A stretch of DNA of 64,000 bases from Octopus sinensis (lineage: Eukaryota). Position 1 is the stretch's first letter, and each line of letters begins with the position of its first letter. The notes beneath the pieces were generated by a model. That model was not told where the DNA came from and did no database searches. It was given only the letters and a program-made list of their open reading frames with translations. Where the stretch lies: assembly GCF_006345805.1 (NCBI RefSeq), contig NC_043002.1, positions 22,816,001-22,880,000 on the forward strand, written 5' to 3'. The position numbers were made by a program, and so were the translations under genes. Shown here one piece after another: positions 1-12,881 of the stretch.

Positions 1-583
1 CAGAGTAGTATCAATGTAGCTTGGCACTTCTGGAAGAAGCAACATCGTTGTGATCTACGGTTGAGTGTTCAGTGTTTAGTTGTTCATATTGAATGTATAA
101 TGATGATGATGATGTTGATGATGATGATGATTTGTTTTCCACAAACGTGACGAATAAAGTATCGATTCAGACACAAAATGGAGGACGCTCACTCATGGAA
201 CCAAAGAATAACGTAATCATGAAATATAAGTCTATATGTTGTACATGATTTTAAAAAATGAGGGTAGTGGTCCAATCTCCCTGGTATAAGAAGCCCTCTC
301 GAACCCATGAAGCAACCGCACCATCCAAGACCTTCGTGAACAAACAACAAGATCAAGTGCCTTCAAATGCCGCTCTCCGGCATACAGATTTATATTTTGA
401 TTATCCTATCCTGACTTTCCACTTCAATCTATCTTTCACTAAATTAATTCCAGAACAGTACCTCTCCGTCCATTCTCACATTCCTTTTCAATTAAAACTT
501 GAAAAAGTTGATACAGGTTCTTCCAAAATGCCTACCCTACTATCTTTCAGTTGCATCCGTCACACATTTTTCGCTAGACTCAC

Positions 584-949
584 CAGACTGAAGAAAATTG
601 CCTTCTCTGCCCAATTAAAGGATGGCCGTGGAACAATCATCGTGATGGCATACTCATTGGCGATAACCAAATCCGTCTCGTTCGCAGCAGCAGCTACTTG
701 GTATAGCACCACAGATCAGCAACGCCAGGACTTCAAACGAGTGCGCGCTGAACAGTTTTGTTGCTCCGTATGTACCCCTGACAGACCCATCCGTTGACAC
801 TTCCAGTAGACCAAAGATTCCAGTAACTTTCCCAAAGTAGTCCCCGACTCGCAAGCCCTGTACAAAACAAAACCAGCTAGTTTATTTTCATCGACACCCA
901 AAGCTTCCCCTAGAACGCCTAGTCGGCGCTCTTTTCCTATACTAAATCT
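584..949 (-). CDS. Left gene, putative exon (death-fold-like segment), in-frame TGA at 718-716
   Basis: Acceptor caatctttag|AGA at 949 and donor CTG|gtgagt at 584; 366 nt, phase 0/0. Reads RFSIGKERRLGVLGEALGVDENKLAGFVLYRACESGTTLGKLLESLVYWK...SWRC*SVVLYQVAAAANETDLV...FFSL. The CDS may simply end at 716. Confidence 0.6.
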
Positions 950-1120
950 CTAAAGATTGCTAAATGGAACTTCTGCCGATTCCATTACTTGATTGATAGA
1001 GGGCGGTAAGCGTCTGACGACATTCCGCTTGCCAGGCAACCAATACTGGCAGGGCTGGATTTAGACCTTAGTGGGAGCCCAAGGCTCATAGATATTAGGA
1101 CTCCTCCGATTTTGCGTATA

Positions 1121-1325
1121 CAGGATGAGCCAAAAGTCACGCCCCAAAATATTTTGACATTTTATTTATATTACATAATTATTATATTCATTCAGTTTTT
1201 TATCATGTACATACAGTATGTGTAAATTCAATTTTATTTTATTTATTTTATTCAATTTTAGAAAGATTGAAGCATGTCTGACAATTCCCGAGCGCATTGA
1301 ACTTATTTTGTGCTGGCCCACACTG
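1121..1325. mobile_element. Tc1-like MITE
   Basis: TA-flanked CAGGATGAGCC...GGCCCACACTG imperfect TIRs. Confidence 0.45.
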
Positions 1326-1695
1326 TATAATTTTCAACTGTTTAAATGTGGAAAATAGGAATGTGCATCGCAAAAGCAAATATAATGTTGTAAATAGTCT
1401 AAGTACAAAGAACATTTAAAAGTTCATATCAATTTTGTATTTTTTAATGTTTTTTTTTCTTTCTTTCAGCTATTCCTTAACTATAATGGCTGATAACTTT
1501 TTGATAGTTTCTGGCCTGTTGAGGTTACTTTGTTCATTTGTTTGAAAAGTGCATTGCTGTTAACTGGCTTCTTATTATATCAGAAGAAAACATACCAAAA
1601 GTATTTCAAAAATGCAATACTTACAAAAAAAGCTAATTCAAAACATACGAGAATAGAGAGGACCCATTAAATCTAGAGACCCCGATCACTTAGAC

Positions 1696-1760
<65 letters not shown>

Positions 1761-1797
1761 TGCTGCAGCAGCAGCAGAATCAGCAGCGTTACCTTAC

Positions 1798-1992
1798 CTT
1801 GTCCAGATTCTTCATCTCAGTTACGCTGGCCTTTTCCACACTGAATATTCGATCAATCAATGTGCGCCACATGTTGAGGTGGCATTCTCTCGACTGACGT
1901 GACATATCCTCATTGCTGACAAGTTGCCTCACACGGCATGGCATATGCAGAGGGTCCAGCAGCTCGGCTACATTGGACCGAATTTTGTTCTC
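1798..1992 (-). CDS. Left gene, internal coding exon (65 aa)
   Basis: tattttccag|GAG...AAG|gtaagg; 195 nt open, phase 0/0: [65 protein letters not shown]. Confidence 0.8.
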
Positions 1993-2148
1993 CTGGAAAA
2001 TACCATAGTAAAGTTAATTGTTGTTGGTGGTGGTGGCGAGATGGTGGTGGTGGTGGTGGTGGTGGCGGCGGCGGTGGTGGTGGTTGTGGTTGTAATGTTC
2101 TTTGTTGTTGGATGCGGTGATGACGGTAGTCATAATGGCATGGCTGTG

Positions 2149-2282
<134 letters not shown>

Positions 2283-2289
2283 ATGTATG

Positions 2290-2324
<35 letters not shown>

Positions 2325-2326
<2 letters not shown>

Positions 2327-2873
2327 GAGCAAAACGTCCTCGGTCCAATGGACGGTGCTGAGTTATCAAACATTTAAAGCAAATTTTCTCAAAACAACTT
2401 GTCCGACCGTCCCATAGTCCTCCTCTTTGAGAAACATTGATTTAACCTAAATTTGAGACACCAGCAAAAGAAGAAATAAAGATAGACTTTTTTCTATTTC
2501 AAAGAAAAACGATTTTATTCACACAAATGGGCAACCGAAGAATTTAAAGTTTCAGTAATGATAAGGCTGTTGACTGGGGGAACACAAACATGGTTTAAAC
2601 AGTAAGCTTGGCAGGAAAGAAACGTGCCTTTAAGCAGTACAAAAACAAAAAAAATGGAAGGTGCAGATATGTACACGTTGACGAAAGAAAAGCAGGACAA
2701 AAACGGTTTTATCGATCGCATTCTCACCTGGATTCAATTTTTGTAATTTTTTCAAGACTTATACACGTCCTGATACCGTCGGGTATCTACATATCAAATT
2801 TGAGCGCAATCGGATGGAGGATGCCCGAGATCCGAGAAGACACACATAGAGACAGACTGAACGGATTTTATAT

Positions 2874-2880
<7 letters not shown>
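2325..2880 (-). mobile_element. Helitron-like non-autonomous element
   Basis: Minus strand starts TCTATATAAAA followed by GTCT repeats and ends with a short GC hairpin (cgtccattggac); non-coding. Confidence 0.35.
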
Positions 2881-2908
<28 letters not shown>

Positions 2909-3184
2909 GTATGATTAATTTATGGAATGAAATTCTACAAATCCAATCGTATTTGTCAAATATGGAGGAGATAAGATATTAAAAAAGTTGTAAGAAGTTT
3001 TGTTTTAAAGTGAAAGAGAGGAGAAAATGAAAGAGGTATATACGTGTGTTTGAAATGGACATGTGTGTGTGTGTGAAAGAGAGAGCGAGAGAGAAAAAGA
3101 GGAAGAGAGAGAGAAAAAAGGGAGAGAGTGAGTGAAGAGGTGTGTTGTCATGTATACGTACATACATCAATACATATCTCTTTC

Positions 3185-3648
3185 TCTTTTCTCTTTTACT
3201 TGTTTCAGTCATTTGACAGCGGCCATACTGGAGCACCGCCTTTTTAGTCGAGCAAATCGACCCCAGGACTTATTCTTTGTAAGCCTAGTACTTATTCTAT
3301 CGGTCTCTTTTGCCGAACCGCTAAGTAACGGGGACGTAAACACACCAGCATCGGTTGTCAAGCGATGTTGGGGAGACAAACACAGACACAGATACACACA
3401 CACACACACATATATATACATATATATATATATACGACGGGCTTCTTTCAGTTTCCGTCTACCAAATCCACTCACAAGGCTTTGGTCGGCCCGAGGCTAT
3501 AGAAGAAGACACTTGCCCAAGGTGCCACGCAGTGGGACTGAACCCGGAACTGTGTGGTTGGTAAGCAAGCTACTTACCACACAGCCACCCCTGCGCCTAT
3601 ATGCGTGCATCTTTTTGTATGTACGTGTGCATGTGTGTATGTGACAGA

Positions 3649-3679
<31 letters not shown>

Positions 3680-4216
3680 AAAGGGAGAGAGTGAGTGAAG
3701 AGGTGTGTTGTCATGTATACGTACATACATCAATACATATCTCTTTCTCTTTTCTCTTTTACTTGTTTCAGTCATTTGAGTGCGGCCATGCTGGAGCACC
3801 GCCTTTGTAGTCGAGCAAATCGACCCCCAGGACTTATTCTTTGTAAGCCTAGTACTTATTCTATCGGTCTCTTTTTGCCGAACCGCTAAGTAACGGGGAC
3901 GTAAACACACCAGCGTCGGTTATCAAGCGATGTTGGGGGACAAACACAGACACACAAACACACACACACACACATATATATATACATATATATACATATA
4001 TACGACGGGCTTCTTTCAGTTTCCGTCTACCAAATCCACTCACAAGGCTTTGGTCGGCCCGAGGCTATAGTAGAAGACACTTGCCCAAGGTGCCACGCAG
4101 TGGGACCGAACCCGGAACCGTGTGGTTGGTAAGCAAGCTACTTACCACACAGCCACCCCTGCGCCTATATGCGTGCATCTTTTTGTATGTACGTGTGCAT
4201 GTGTGTATGTGACAGA

Positions 4217-4247
<31 letters not shown>

Positions 4248-4735
4248 AAAGGGAGAGAGTGAGTGAAGAGGTGTGTTGTCATGTATACGTACATACATCA
4301 ATACATATCTCTTTCTCTTTTCTCTTTTACTTGTTTCAGTCATTTGACTGCGGCCATACTGGAGCACCGCCTTTTTAGTCGAGCAAATCGACCCCAGGAC
4401 TTATTCTTTGTAAGCCTAGTACTTATTCTATCGGTCTCTTTTGCCGAACCGCTAAGTAACGGGGACGTAAACACACCAGCATCGGTTGTCAAGCGATGTT
4501 GGGGAGACAAACACAGACACACAAACACACACACACACACATATATATACATATATATATATATACGACGGGCTTCTTTCAGTTTCCGTCTACCAAATCC
4601 ACTCACAAGGCTTTGGTCGGCCCGAGGCTATAGAAGAAGACACTTGCCCAAGGTGCCACGCAGTGGGACTGAACCCGGAACTGTGTGGTTGGTAAGCAAG
4701 CTACTTACCACACAGCCACCCCTGCGCCTATATGC
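3185..4735 (-). mobile_element. Three tandem copies of a tRNA-derived SINE plus ~140 bp of host repeat
   Basis: Near-identical ~565-bp units (cagtcattt motif near 3206, 3768, 4337); head on minus ggcgcaggggtggctgtgtggtaag...gggttcagtccc. Confidence 0.85.
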
Positions 4736-4774
4736 GTGCATCTTTTTTGTATGTACGTGTGCATGTGTGTATGT

Positions 4775-4813
<39 letters not shown>

Positions 4814-6054
4814 CGTGTCTGTTCCCATGTATGCGTAAGAGGCACTCTCTTTCTCTCTGACACACACATACATTTCATATACACATTCAAAAAGCTTTCC
4901 CTTTCTCCCCTCTATTTCACTTTAAAACATAAGTAACAGGTGATTTTTAGGATAAAAATTGTTTTAAAAAAAGGCTTCAATTCATGTAAATTGATTACTA
5001 TTGTTTGGATAGTTCTAATTAAATAAGTTAGGTTAAATATATAAGGCGCAGGAGTGGCTGTGTGGTAAGTAGCTTGTTTACCAACCACATGGTTCCGGGT
5101 TCAGTCCCACTGCATGGCACCTTGGGCAAGTGTCTTCTACTATAGCCTCGGGCCGACCAAAGCCTTGTGAGTGGTATGATATGTTTGGCTACGGCCTCAG
5201 GAGTAAAGTTGAAAAAGTATGACACACTGACACACTAACACACTGACATTCGCATTTATCATATTTGATTGTCCCTTCGCTTTAGTTGTATTACTATGTC
5301 ATTATGTTTCTGCTCTAATTCTGATTTTTCTCCCACACTATTATTGATCATTATTTATCGCTTTGTAGGACTGAAATATTTTCGTTATAATAACAAAGTA
5401 TCTATCCATAAAATTACTGTTCCAATTAATTTGAAATTCTCTCTTAATTTATCTATAAGAGTATAAATAAAAAAGTATTTTACAAATCAAATTCATCGCT
5501 CTGCGAGTTCCATATATCATCAGTTTCTATATCACCTCATATATATATATATATATCACGTGACCACGTGACTGACCAGACCATCAGATGTTGTTACACA
5601 TTGCTGGTCACAATGCGTTCCCATTGTTTTAGCCTTCGAATGACACCACCCCGCTGGCTAAGCGAGCAGACCAACAGAAGAAAGAGTGGGAGAAAGAGTG
5701 GTGAAAGAGTACAGTAAGGATCACCACCCCCTGCCGGAGCCTCGTGGAGCTTTTAGGTGTTTTCGCTCAATAAACACACACAACGCCCGGTCTGGAAATC
5801 GAAACCGCGAGTCCGCTGCCCTAACCACTAGGCCATTGCGCCTCCATATATATATATATTCAGTTTCCGTCTACCAAATCCACTCACAAGGCTTTGGTTG
5901 GCCCGAAACTATATTAGAAGACACTTGCCCAAGGTACCACGCAGTGAGACTGAACCATGTGGCTGGTAAGCAAGCTACTTACCACACAGTCACTCCTGCG
6001 CCTATATATATACAGAGAGAGAGAGAGAGAGTAAAAGAGAATCACCGACAGATT

Positions 6055-6565
<511 letters not shown>

Positions 6566-6776
6566 CATGCAATTTTCTTGCAATATTTGTTTGACACCTA
6601 GTGTATTTGTATGTGTCCGTGGAATTGTTACTTTATATATGTTTATATATGTATGCGTACGTGTGTGTCTATGTTTTGTTTGTGATTGTGTGTGTGTTCG
6701 TGTGTGTGTGCGTGAGTGTGTGTGTGTGTGTGTGTGTGTGTTCTTGTTCATGTCTGTGCTCATACGTGCAGCTTAC

Positions 6777-7026
6777 CTTTTCTGTACACGTGGCTTTCAA
6801 ATAGCGCCCCGGAACAAACGACTCCAGGGCTCTCTGGTCGATGTTGATGTCATTAAACTCGTCTAAATCCTGAATCTCTGATTTGTGCTCTTCTTCTGTT
6901 TCCATGACAACAGTGCATCCGCTGGGTATTGGTGTAGGCGATTTTGTGTGTTCTTCTTTATTAAGTCTTGTACTTCAGTGAAGGGTCAGTTAGTGTGGCC
7001 ACCATATTCTCGTTTTCAACTGAGAC
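6777..7026 (-). CDS. Left gene, coding exon (METEEE...CTEK); 5' part out of frame or UTR
   Basis: Acceptor ggtttgcag|GTC at 7026, donor AAG|gtaagc at 6777. 6905-6777 encodes METEEEHKSEIQDLDEFNDINIDQRALESFVPGRYLKATCTEK, phase 0 into the 1992 exon. The exon is 250 nt (3n+1). Confidence 0.7.
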
Positions 7027-7193
7027 CTGCAAACCGTTAATGAAAATTGATTTCGTAAGACAGAATGTGGAGAGAAAGGTATTTCTCGTTGTTTTATATA
7101 CATACACATGCAAACATGCGTGTATATATATATATGTGTGTGTGTGAGTATGTGTGTGTGTATGTGTGTGTGTGTGTGTATGTGTGTGTGTGT

Positions 7194-7238
<45 letters not shown>

Positions 7239-7239
7239 A

Positions 7240-7980
7240 GGGTGTGGTGAATAAATTGTCTAAATTACGCAAAAATGAAAATAACACTGACATCTCATTT
7301 TAACAGATATATTTCCCAAAATTACATAAAAATATCTTGAAATACTAAAATCGCCATTGGCTTCAACCACGGCCTCCAAGACGACTTCGGAATTTTCTGC
7401 GACTCTTCTGGTGAATGCTGCCATAAGCCTTGCCTTCAGTTCATCTTTGGTGTTAGCAGGCGCTCAACTGCACCCCACACATAATAACCAAGGGGTTTGC
7501 TGACTGAGGAGTTAGGTAGACAGATGTTAGAAGTGACGTGGTCGCAAAAATTATCTTACAGCCATTTCTGGGTTCTCCTGCTTGTGTGGCATGGTGCAGA
7601 GTCCTGTTGCCAGACATAGGGTATTCCAGCAGCCACCCTCTCGACCCAGAGCAGCACTACCTCTTTCAGGCGCTTGATGCAGGCATCTGTGTTGAGTCTG
7701 ACGTTGTGTGGGAAGTTGAATGGAGGCATAACGTCGCCATCACTAGTAATCACTCCAAACACTATGATGTTGACTGGATGTTTGATTTTTATCACTCTCG
7801 GTACATGTACTCAGATTGCACTGTCCTATGATTGACACTCAAATACTCTGCAATATGTGTATTGGAGCTTCCGGCGCGAATGCCAAGCTGTACAGCATGT
7901 CGTTTCCAAATTTCTGGTAGGTTGAATTGCGTCATGGTGCTGGTTCTCTCACAGACGGTACCCAACTGACCCTACTATAC
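7240..7980 (-). mobile_element. Tc1/mariner transposase remnant
   Basis: ORF 7556..7795 KHPVNIIVFGVITSDGDVMPPF...YVWQQDSAPCHTSRRTQKWL contains the QQDxAPxH catalytic-Asp motif. Confidence 0.8.
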
Positions 7981-8059
7981 TGTGTACTGTGTAGTTGACA
8001 AAATCAAAAGCAAACAATGCGCATGTGCGAAATGGCAACAATTTACACATTGCACCTTT

Positions 8060-8146
<87 letters not shown>

Positions 8147-8319
8147 TATACACACACTTATATATGTATACTCATAAATATATATAACTACACACATATA
8201 AATATATTTATATATATGTATATCCATATATACACATATATACATACGTACATACATAGACACGCACACATATAATATATATATATATATATATAATTAT
8301 TTAAGCATTGGGTATGTAC

Positions 8320-8361
8320 CTCGTAGTAAGATGGTGAAGCACGTTCACTGTCTCTGGCTAC
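8320..8361 (-). CDS. Left gene, possible 42-nt exon (VARDSERASPSYYE)
   Basis: catcag|GTA...GAG|gtacat, phase 0/0; weak polypyrimidine tract. Confidence 0.35.
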
Positions 8362-8439
8362 CTGATGTCATCCACAGTATTTACGTAACTCTCGCTGGAT
8401 CTACCCCAGGAATTCCTCAGTGTTCGTCGAGTATATAAC

Positions 8440-9750
8440 AATTGATAGAGACTGAAATGGAATATACGAGTAATATATTGTGAGCAATAAAGAGTTTGAG
8501 ATCAAGAGAGGAAACCAGCTGATGTAGAGAGTTGAGAGATCCACAAAAATTGGTTTCTGCAACGGTGTCATGAGTATGCGATGAATGTAAGAGAGTAAGG
8601 GATATACCAGGTATTTGACTTTGTAAAGTGTTGACATGAGACAGGCGCTCTCAAAGCAGAGAGAACAATGGTCGAAGAGTTGATGGTATTCAAGAATTCA
8701 AAGAGCAGAAAAGGAAGTAGATGCATGTAAAGAAAGACTCCGATCACTATGTCTGGCCTATTATACTTCCATTTTGCTGATGTCTTCATTGGAACACTCC
8801 ACCAGTATTATTTGATAGTATGAGTTGTTATGTCCTACACAACACCATACCTTCTTATAATTGTATCTTCATGGTTATCCTTGTTACGGATGGCATTGTA
8901 GAATGTTCTGGCCAACGACAGCATGCTTCCCGCATAAATAACATTGTGGAGACATTCTCAGATCGTTAGATATCGTGTGTGACATTCTCAGTGTTAATCC
9001 CACAGAAACTACATCGTTTGCTGTATAGATGTGGTTTACCTCTATTCCTAATTTTTTTGCTGCGCCAGCTATTTCATTATCTCTTACATCTGCATCACAA
9101 AATCATACTTTCCGAAGTGACATCGTACTTTCCGAAGTAAAAGCTAATATACTAGCTGCTAATCCGAGATAGTCTACTTTGGGAATCAGTATTGCTGTCA
9201 TCTGGAGTTTTCTAGCAATATAGTTACGCATAAACTTCTGTTGATGTGCATTCAGTTTTCTTCAGATGACTATGCAGCGGTTGAGATGTGCAGCTTCTTT
9301 GGATGTGTGTCTGATCTTCAATCAGAGAATACTATCCGAGGAGCATCATGTATGCAAACTCTATGCACAGATACACTTAAATATTTGGTAGTTAGTAGAT
9401 ATCATAGAAATGTGAGCACAATCCTCAGTCGTTTCTAAAGTTGTATGTAGAGCCAGAAAAATCAGTGCTCTATTTCCTACAAAAGATTGTTTCGGAAGCC
9501 AGACAGCTGAAGAAAGCCACCAAGAAGATATCTGTGAGAGCTGGAACCAGTTCAAAGTGGTTGTGGTCAACAAAACACAGCAAATGGAAACTTTCTACAG
9601 GCAAAAGTTAATTCAGTCTTCGTTGACATAGGCGAAGCGAACAGGTTAAGGAGCAAAACTTGTTACTCAGAGACATTTGCTGACGATACGGAAGGGTTTC
9701 AAACATTGCGGTAGCTTTAGTCACCGCCAAGAGAAAAGCCACCAATATTT
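8440..9750 (+). mobile_element. Degenerate LINE (APE endonuclease region)
   Basis: Frameshifted traces of S-C-Y-S-P-T (~8824) and S-D-H-R (~9116), in APE order; many stops. Confidence 0.5.
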
Positions 9751-9838
9751 TTATGTAGCTCCAACAGTTTTCCGTAGCTCCAACAGTTTTCCGTAGCTCC
9801 TCCCTCTCAAAGCTTCTCTAATGTTTATTTCACTTTAC

Positions 9839-9855
9839 GTCTGCCGCCATGTTGT
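9839..9855 (-). CDS. Left gene, possible start micro-exon (MAAD)
   Basis: ctacttcag|ACAACATGGCGGCAGAC|gtaaag; ATG at 9850 in strong AACATGGCGG context; phase 0. Confidence 0.45.
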
Positions 9856-10249
9856 CTGAAGTAGATATGGTATATGTTACTGTTGACATGAAAAGCTTTA
9901 GTACGGGTTAATAACTGAAGTGTTTTAGCATCAGTGTTCAGCAATCATTCTTTTTCTTTTGCTTTTCTAATCAAAGGTCTCGTCTCGTATGCTGCAGGCC
10001 AGATATCTTCTAACCAACTTGCATCCTCATTAAACTCCAGAGTAAATCTTTATTTTCTTGAGATGGAGCTTCTAGAATATTTATTGATTATCCCCTCGTA
10101 ACTCTGTACTTTATGGCCTGATGATTAATTTCGATTAACTTTATTGTTGATTATTTTTCTATATATATATAGTTCAAATTTATAGAAAAACAAAGACGAA
10201 GACGAATGTAGGAACAACAAGCAAGTGTATTAGTTTGATGCTATGGGAA

Positions 10250-10930
10250 AATGGAAAAGTCTTTTACGTTTCGAGCCTGCGCTCTTCGACAGAAGGAATA
10301 AGAGCAAATAAAGAGAGGAAATGGAAAAAACATGTTGAGTTCAGTGATCCAACATGATGAATGATTGAAATGTTGAAGTGCAAGAAGTCTATTGTGTGGT
10401 ATTTGTGTGAGTGTATATCTGCATCTGTAGTATATATAATATGCACACAGCTTGTAGTGAGGGTCACTCTTCATAAGCTGACGACAGATAACAATTTAAT
10501 AACGTTCCGACAATACAAAACTTCAACGGTGCTGAGAAATATTGATGCTACCAGAGAATGTCAGGGTTCTTTTTCGCCCTCACTATGGCACACATCTTAC
10601 CTCCATTATCCATGCAATCACAGCAGGAAATCGAGTACTGCGGTGACCATTCGGATCATGTAGCAACTTTTTCTTTTTACTATTCGCTTAATATTTGTTC
10701 ATTTCTCTGATTTCTATCATTTCTCTCACGTTCTTCCATCACATTGATAATGAAATATTTTATCTTTCTCCTATCCAGTTTCCGTATCACTTCTCTCTAT
10801 CATTCCGATTTCCAATGCAACCAGATGGAAGGACATTGTGCATTTAACTTCAAGTCCACCACAAACCATCTCTACTCGAATCACTTCTCACTGCCACTAT
10901 CATATCTCCCACGATTCCCTATATTATTTT
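10250..10930 (-). mobile_element. Penelope-like retroelement fragment with hammerhead-like motif
   Basis: acgtttcgagcc...gctcttcgacag tail at 10261-10298, a type of motif typical of PLE pseudo-LTRs; extent is approximate. Confidence 0.4.
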
Positions 10931-10933
10931 ATA

Positions 10934-11869
10934 GGATCTTTACCCTTTGAACGACAGATCGAGAAATTAATTTTTTGCAAATAAACACTTTCAAACTTCG
11001 GACACTGGTAGGATGTGTCATATAAAATATCATTTACTCTTAATGTTGTTGAGAAAAGTTTCTATTTTCAAAGTTATTTCGGTAATTTTAACCAATCAAT
11101 GGCGTGTATTCAGCTGAATAAAATTACTGCTGTTTTTTGTCAACAACAACTTCCGGCGGTGTATATTTCGTTTGTCACTGTTATTTATGACATATTTTCA
11201 TCTCATTTACGTTTGTATGAATAAACAAGTGTATCTGAAGCATGTTTACTTCATAGCACCACCATAATCGTTCGTGCATTTCTACTGCTTTTAGTTTGTT
11301 TTTTTTTTCCTGTTTTTCAGCTACTATTTTCGGAAAGACTTTTTTGCCACCCTCCCCCTCCAATTTCTAAAACCCTAAAACCCCAACCTTAACCCTAACT
11401 CTAAAACCCTAACCCTAACTCTAAAACCCTAATCCTAACCCTAACTCTAAACCCCTAACTCTAACCCTAAAACCCCAACCCTAAAACCCTAACCCTAACT
11501 CTAAAACCCTAACCCTAACTCTAAAACCCTAACTCTAAAACCCTAACCTTAAAACCCTAAAGCTAAAAACAGTACAAACGCACAAACGATGTCACAAATA
11601 ACAGTGACAAACGAAATATACACTGCCGATAGTTGTTGTTGACAAACAACGGTAGTAATTTTATTCAGCTGAATACACGTCATTGATTGGTTGAAATTAC
11701 CGAAATACGACTACTTTAGCACGAAATAACTTTGAAAATAGAAACTTTTCTCAACAACATTAAGAATAAAAGATGTTTTGTATGACACATTCTACCAGTG
11801 TCCGAAGTTTGAAAGTGTTTAGTTACAAAAAATTAATTTCTCGATCTGCCGTTGAAAGGGAAAAGATCC
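10934..11869. mobile_element. Foldback MITE: ~260-bp TIRs, telomere-like (TAACCC) core, 8-bp TSD
   Basis: Ends GGATCTTT...AAAGATCC; ATTTTATA on both flanks; arms ~10934-11195 and ~11593-11869; core 11365-11560. Confidence 0.9.
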
Positions 11870-12120
11870 ATTTTATAATCCACGCCCTACTGTCTATGTG
11901 ACCGCCTCGTATTATCCTTGCAACTTCCCACTTTACAGTCAACTCAACAACCATGACTTCTTCGCTAATGTAGATCATTCCATAAGGCCAGGACGTTCTT
12001 TCATTATTGCAATGTGTGTTCGGAATACCAGCACTTCCTTCGAGTCCATCTGCATATTTTGCAGTCAATAACACAGACATTTGTTGTCTTGATTTTGTTT
12101 TATTCCGCTCATTCATTGTT
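11870..12120 (-). mobile_element. RLE-type non-LTR retrotransposon fragment
   Basis: WPYGMIYISEEVMVVELTVKWE resembles the PD.VI....V..VELTVPWE restriction-like endonuclease motif. Confidence 0.55.
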
Positions 12121-12524
12121 CTTCTAATGAATCAACATTTGCTACAAATTTGGTTATACAAACGGGTACACTTAAGCAATGAATTCCAATATCGAACCCG
12201 GAATTACTCCATTTCTGATCAGATTTTTCAACCATGCAGCCAGGTTTGTATAATCAACGAGGGAGTGCCTACATGATTATTCAATCTACTAAAAATAATA
12301 GTTAAATCTCCCTTAAATGTCGTTCTACTGTTTCCAAACCAGAAAAACACTGTCAATGTAATACTTTCTATATTGCAAAAGAGAGATGATCGTGACTGGA
12401 ATATCTTTCAACATAGATTTACACGGTGTTGTCTAACCAAGGATGTTCATTCTTATCTGGACATCAACAACTTGTGTTTGTGTGTGTATGTATCATATTA
12501 TATAATATATGTGTGTGTATATAT

Positions 12525-12706
12525 TGTGGGATGACGTCAGCGGCTGGGGAGTTGACTGGAACTTGGGAGCTGACCGGAAGAGGAAGGGCACGCAGGTGAC
12601 GTGTGCACAGGCAGGGGAAGATTGCGCCCTTTTCGATCTGGAAATCCGTGAGTGCAGGACGTGTCAGTGCTTCGACAAGGTGAGAGAAAGCACTGCATTC
12701 ACTACA
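12525..12706. mobile_element. Candidate solo LTR / GC-rich promoter-like island
   Basis: TGT...ACA ends with tatat on both sides inside a (TA)n tract; contains TGACGTCA, CCGGAAG and a plus-strand AAG|gtgaga donor. Confidence 0.5.
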
Positions 12707-12795
12707 TATATATAATATATAAACTAATACACCTGCTTGTTACTCCTTCACCTGTCTTCGCCTTAGGTTTCTGTTAATTTGAACAATGTATTATA

Positions 12796-12881
<86 letters not shown>

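Noticed and set aside
258-797. 179-aa plus-strand ORF
   Set aside because: No recognisable domain; it overlaps the better-supported minus-strand exon, and joining it to the next open frame needs a 42-nt intron.
3185-4735. CRISPR-like regularly spaced repeats
   Set aside because: Units are ~565-bp near-identical SINE duplications with no unique spacers, in a eukaryotic context.
11365-11560. Telomere or chromosome-fusion scar
   Set aside because: The repeats are degenerate and enclosed by TIRs and an 8-bp TSD, so they are transposon-borne.
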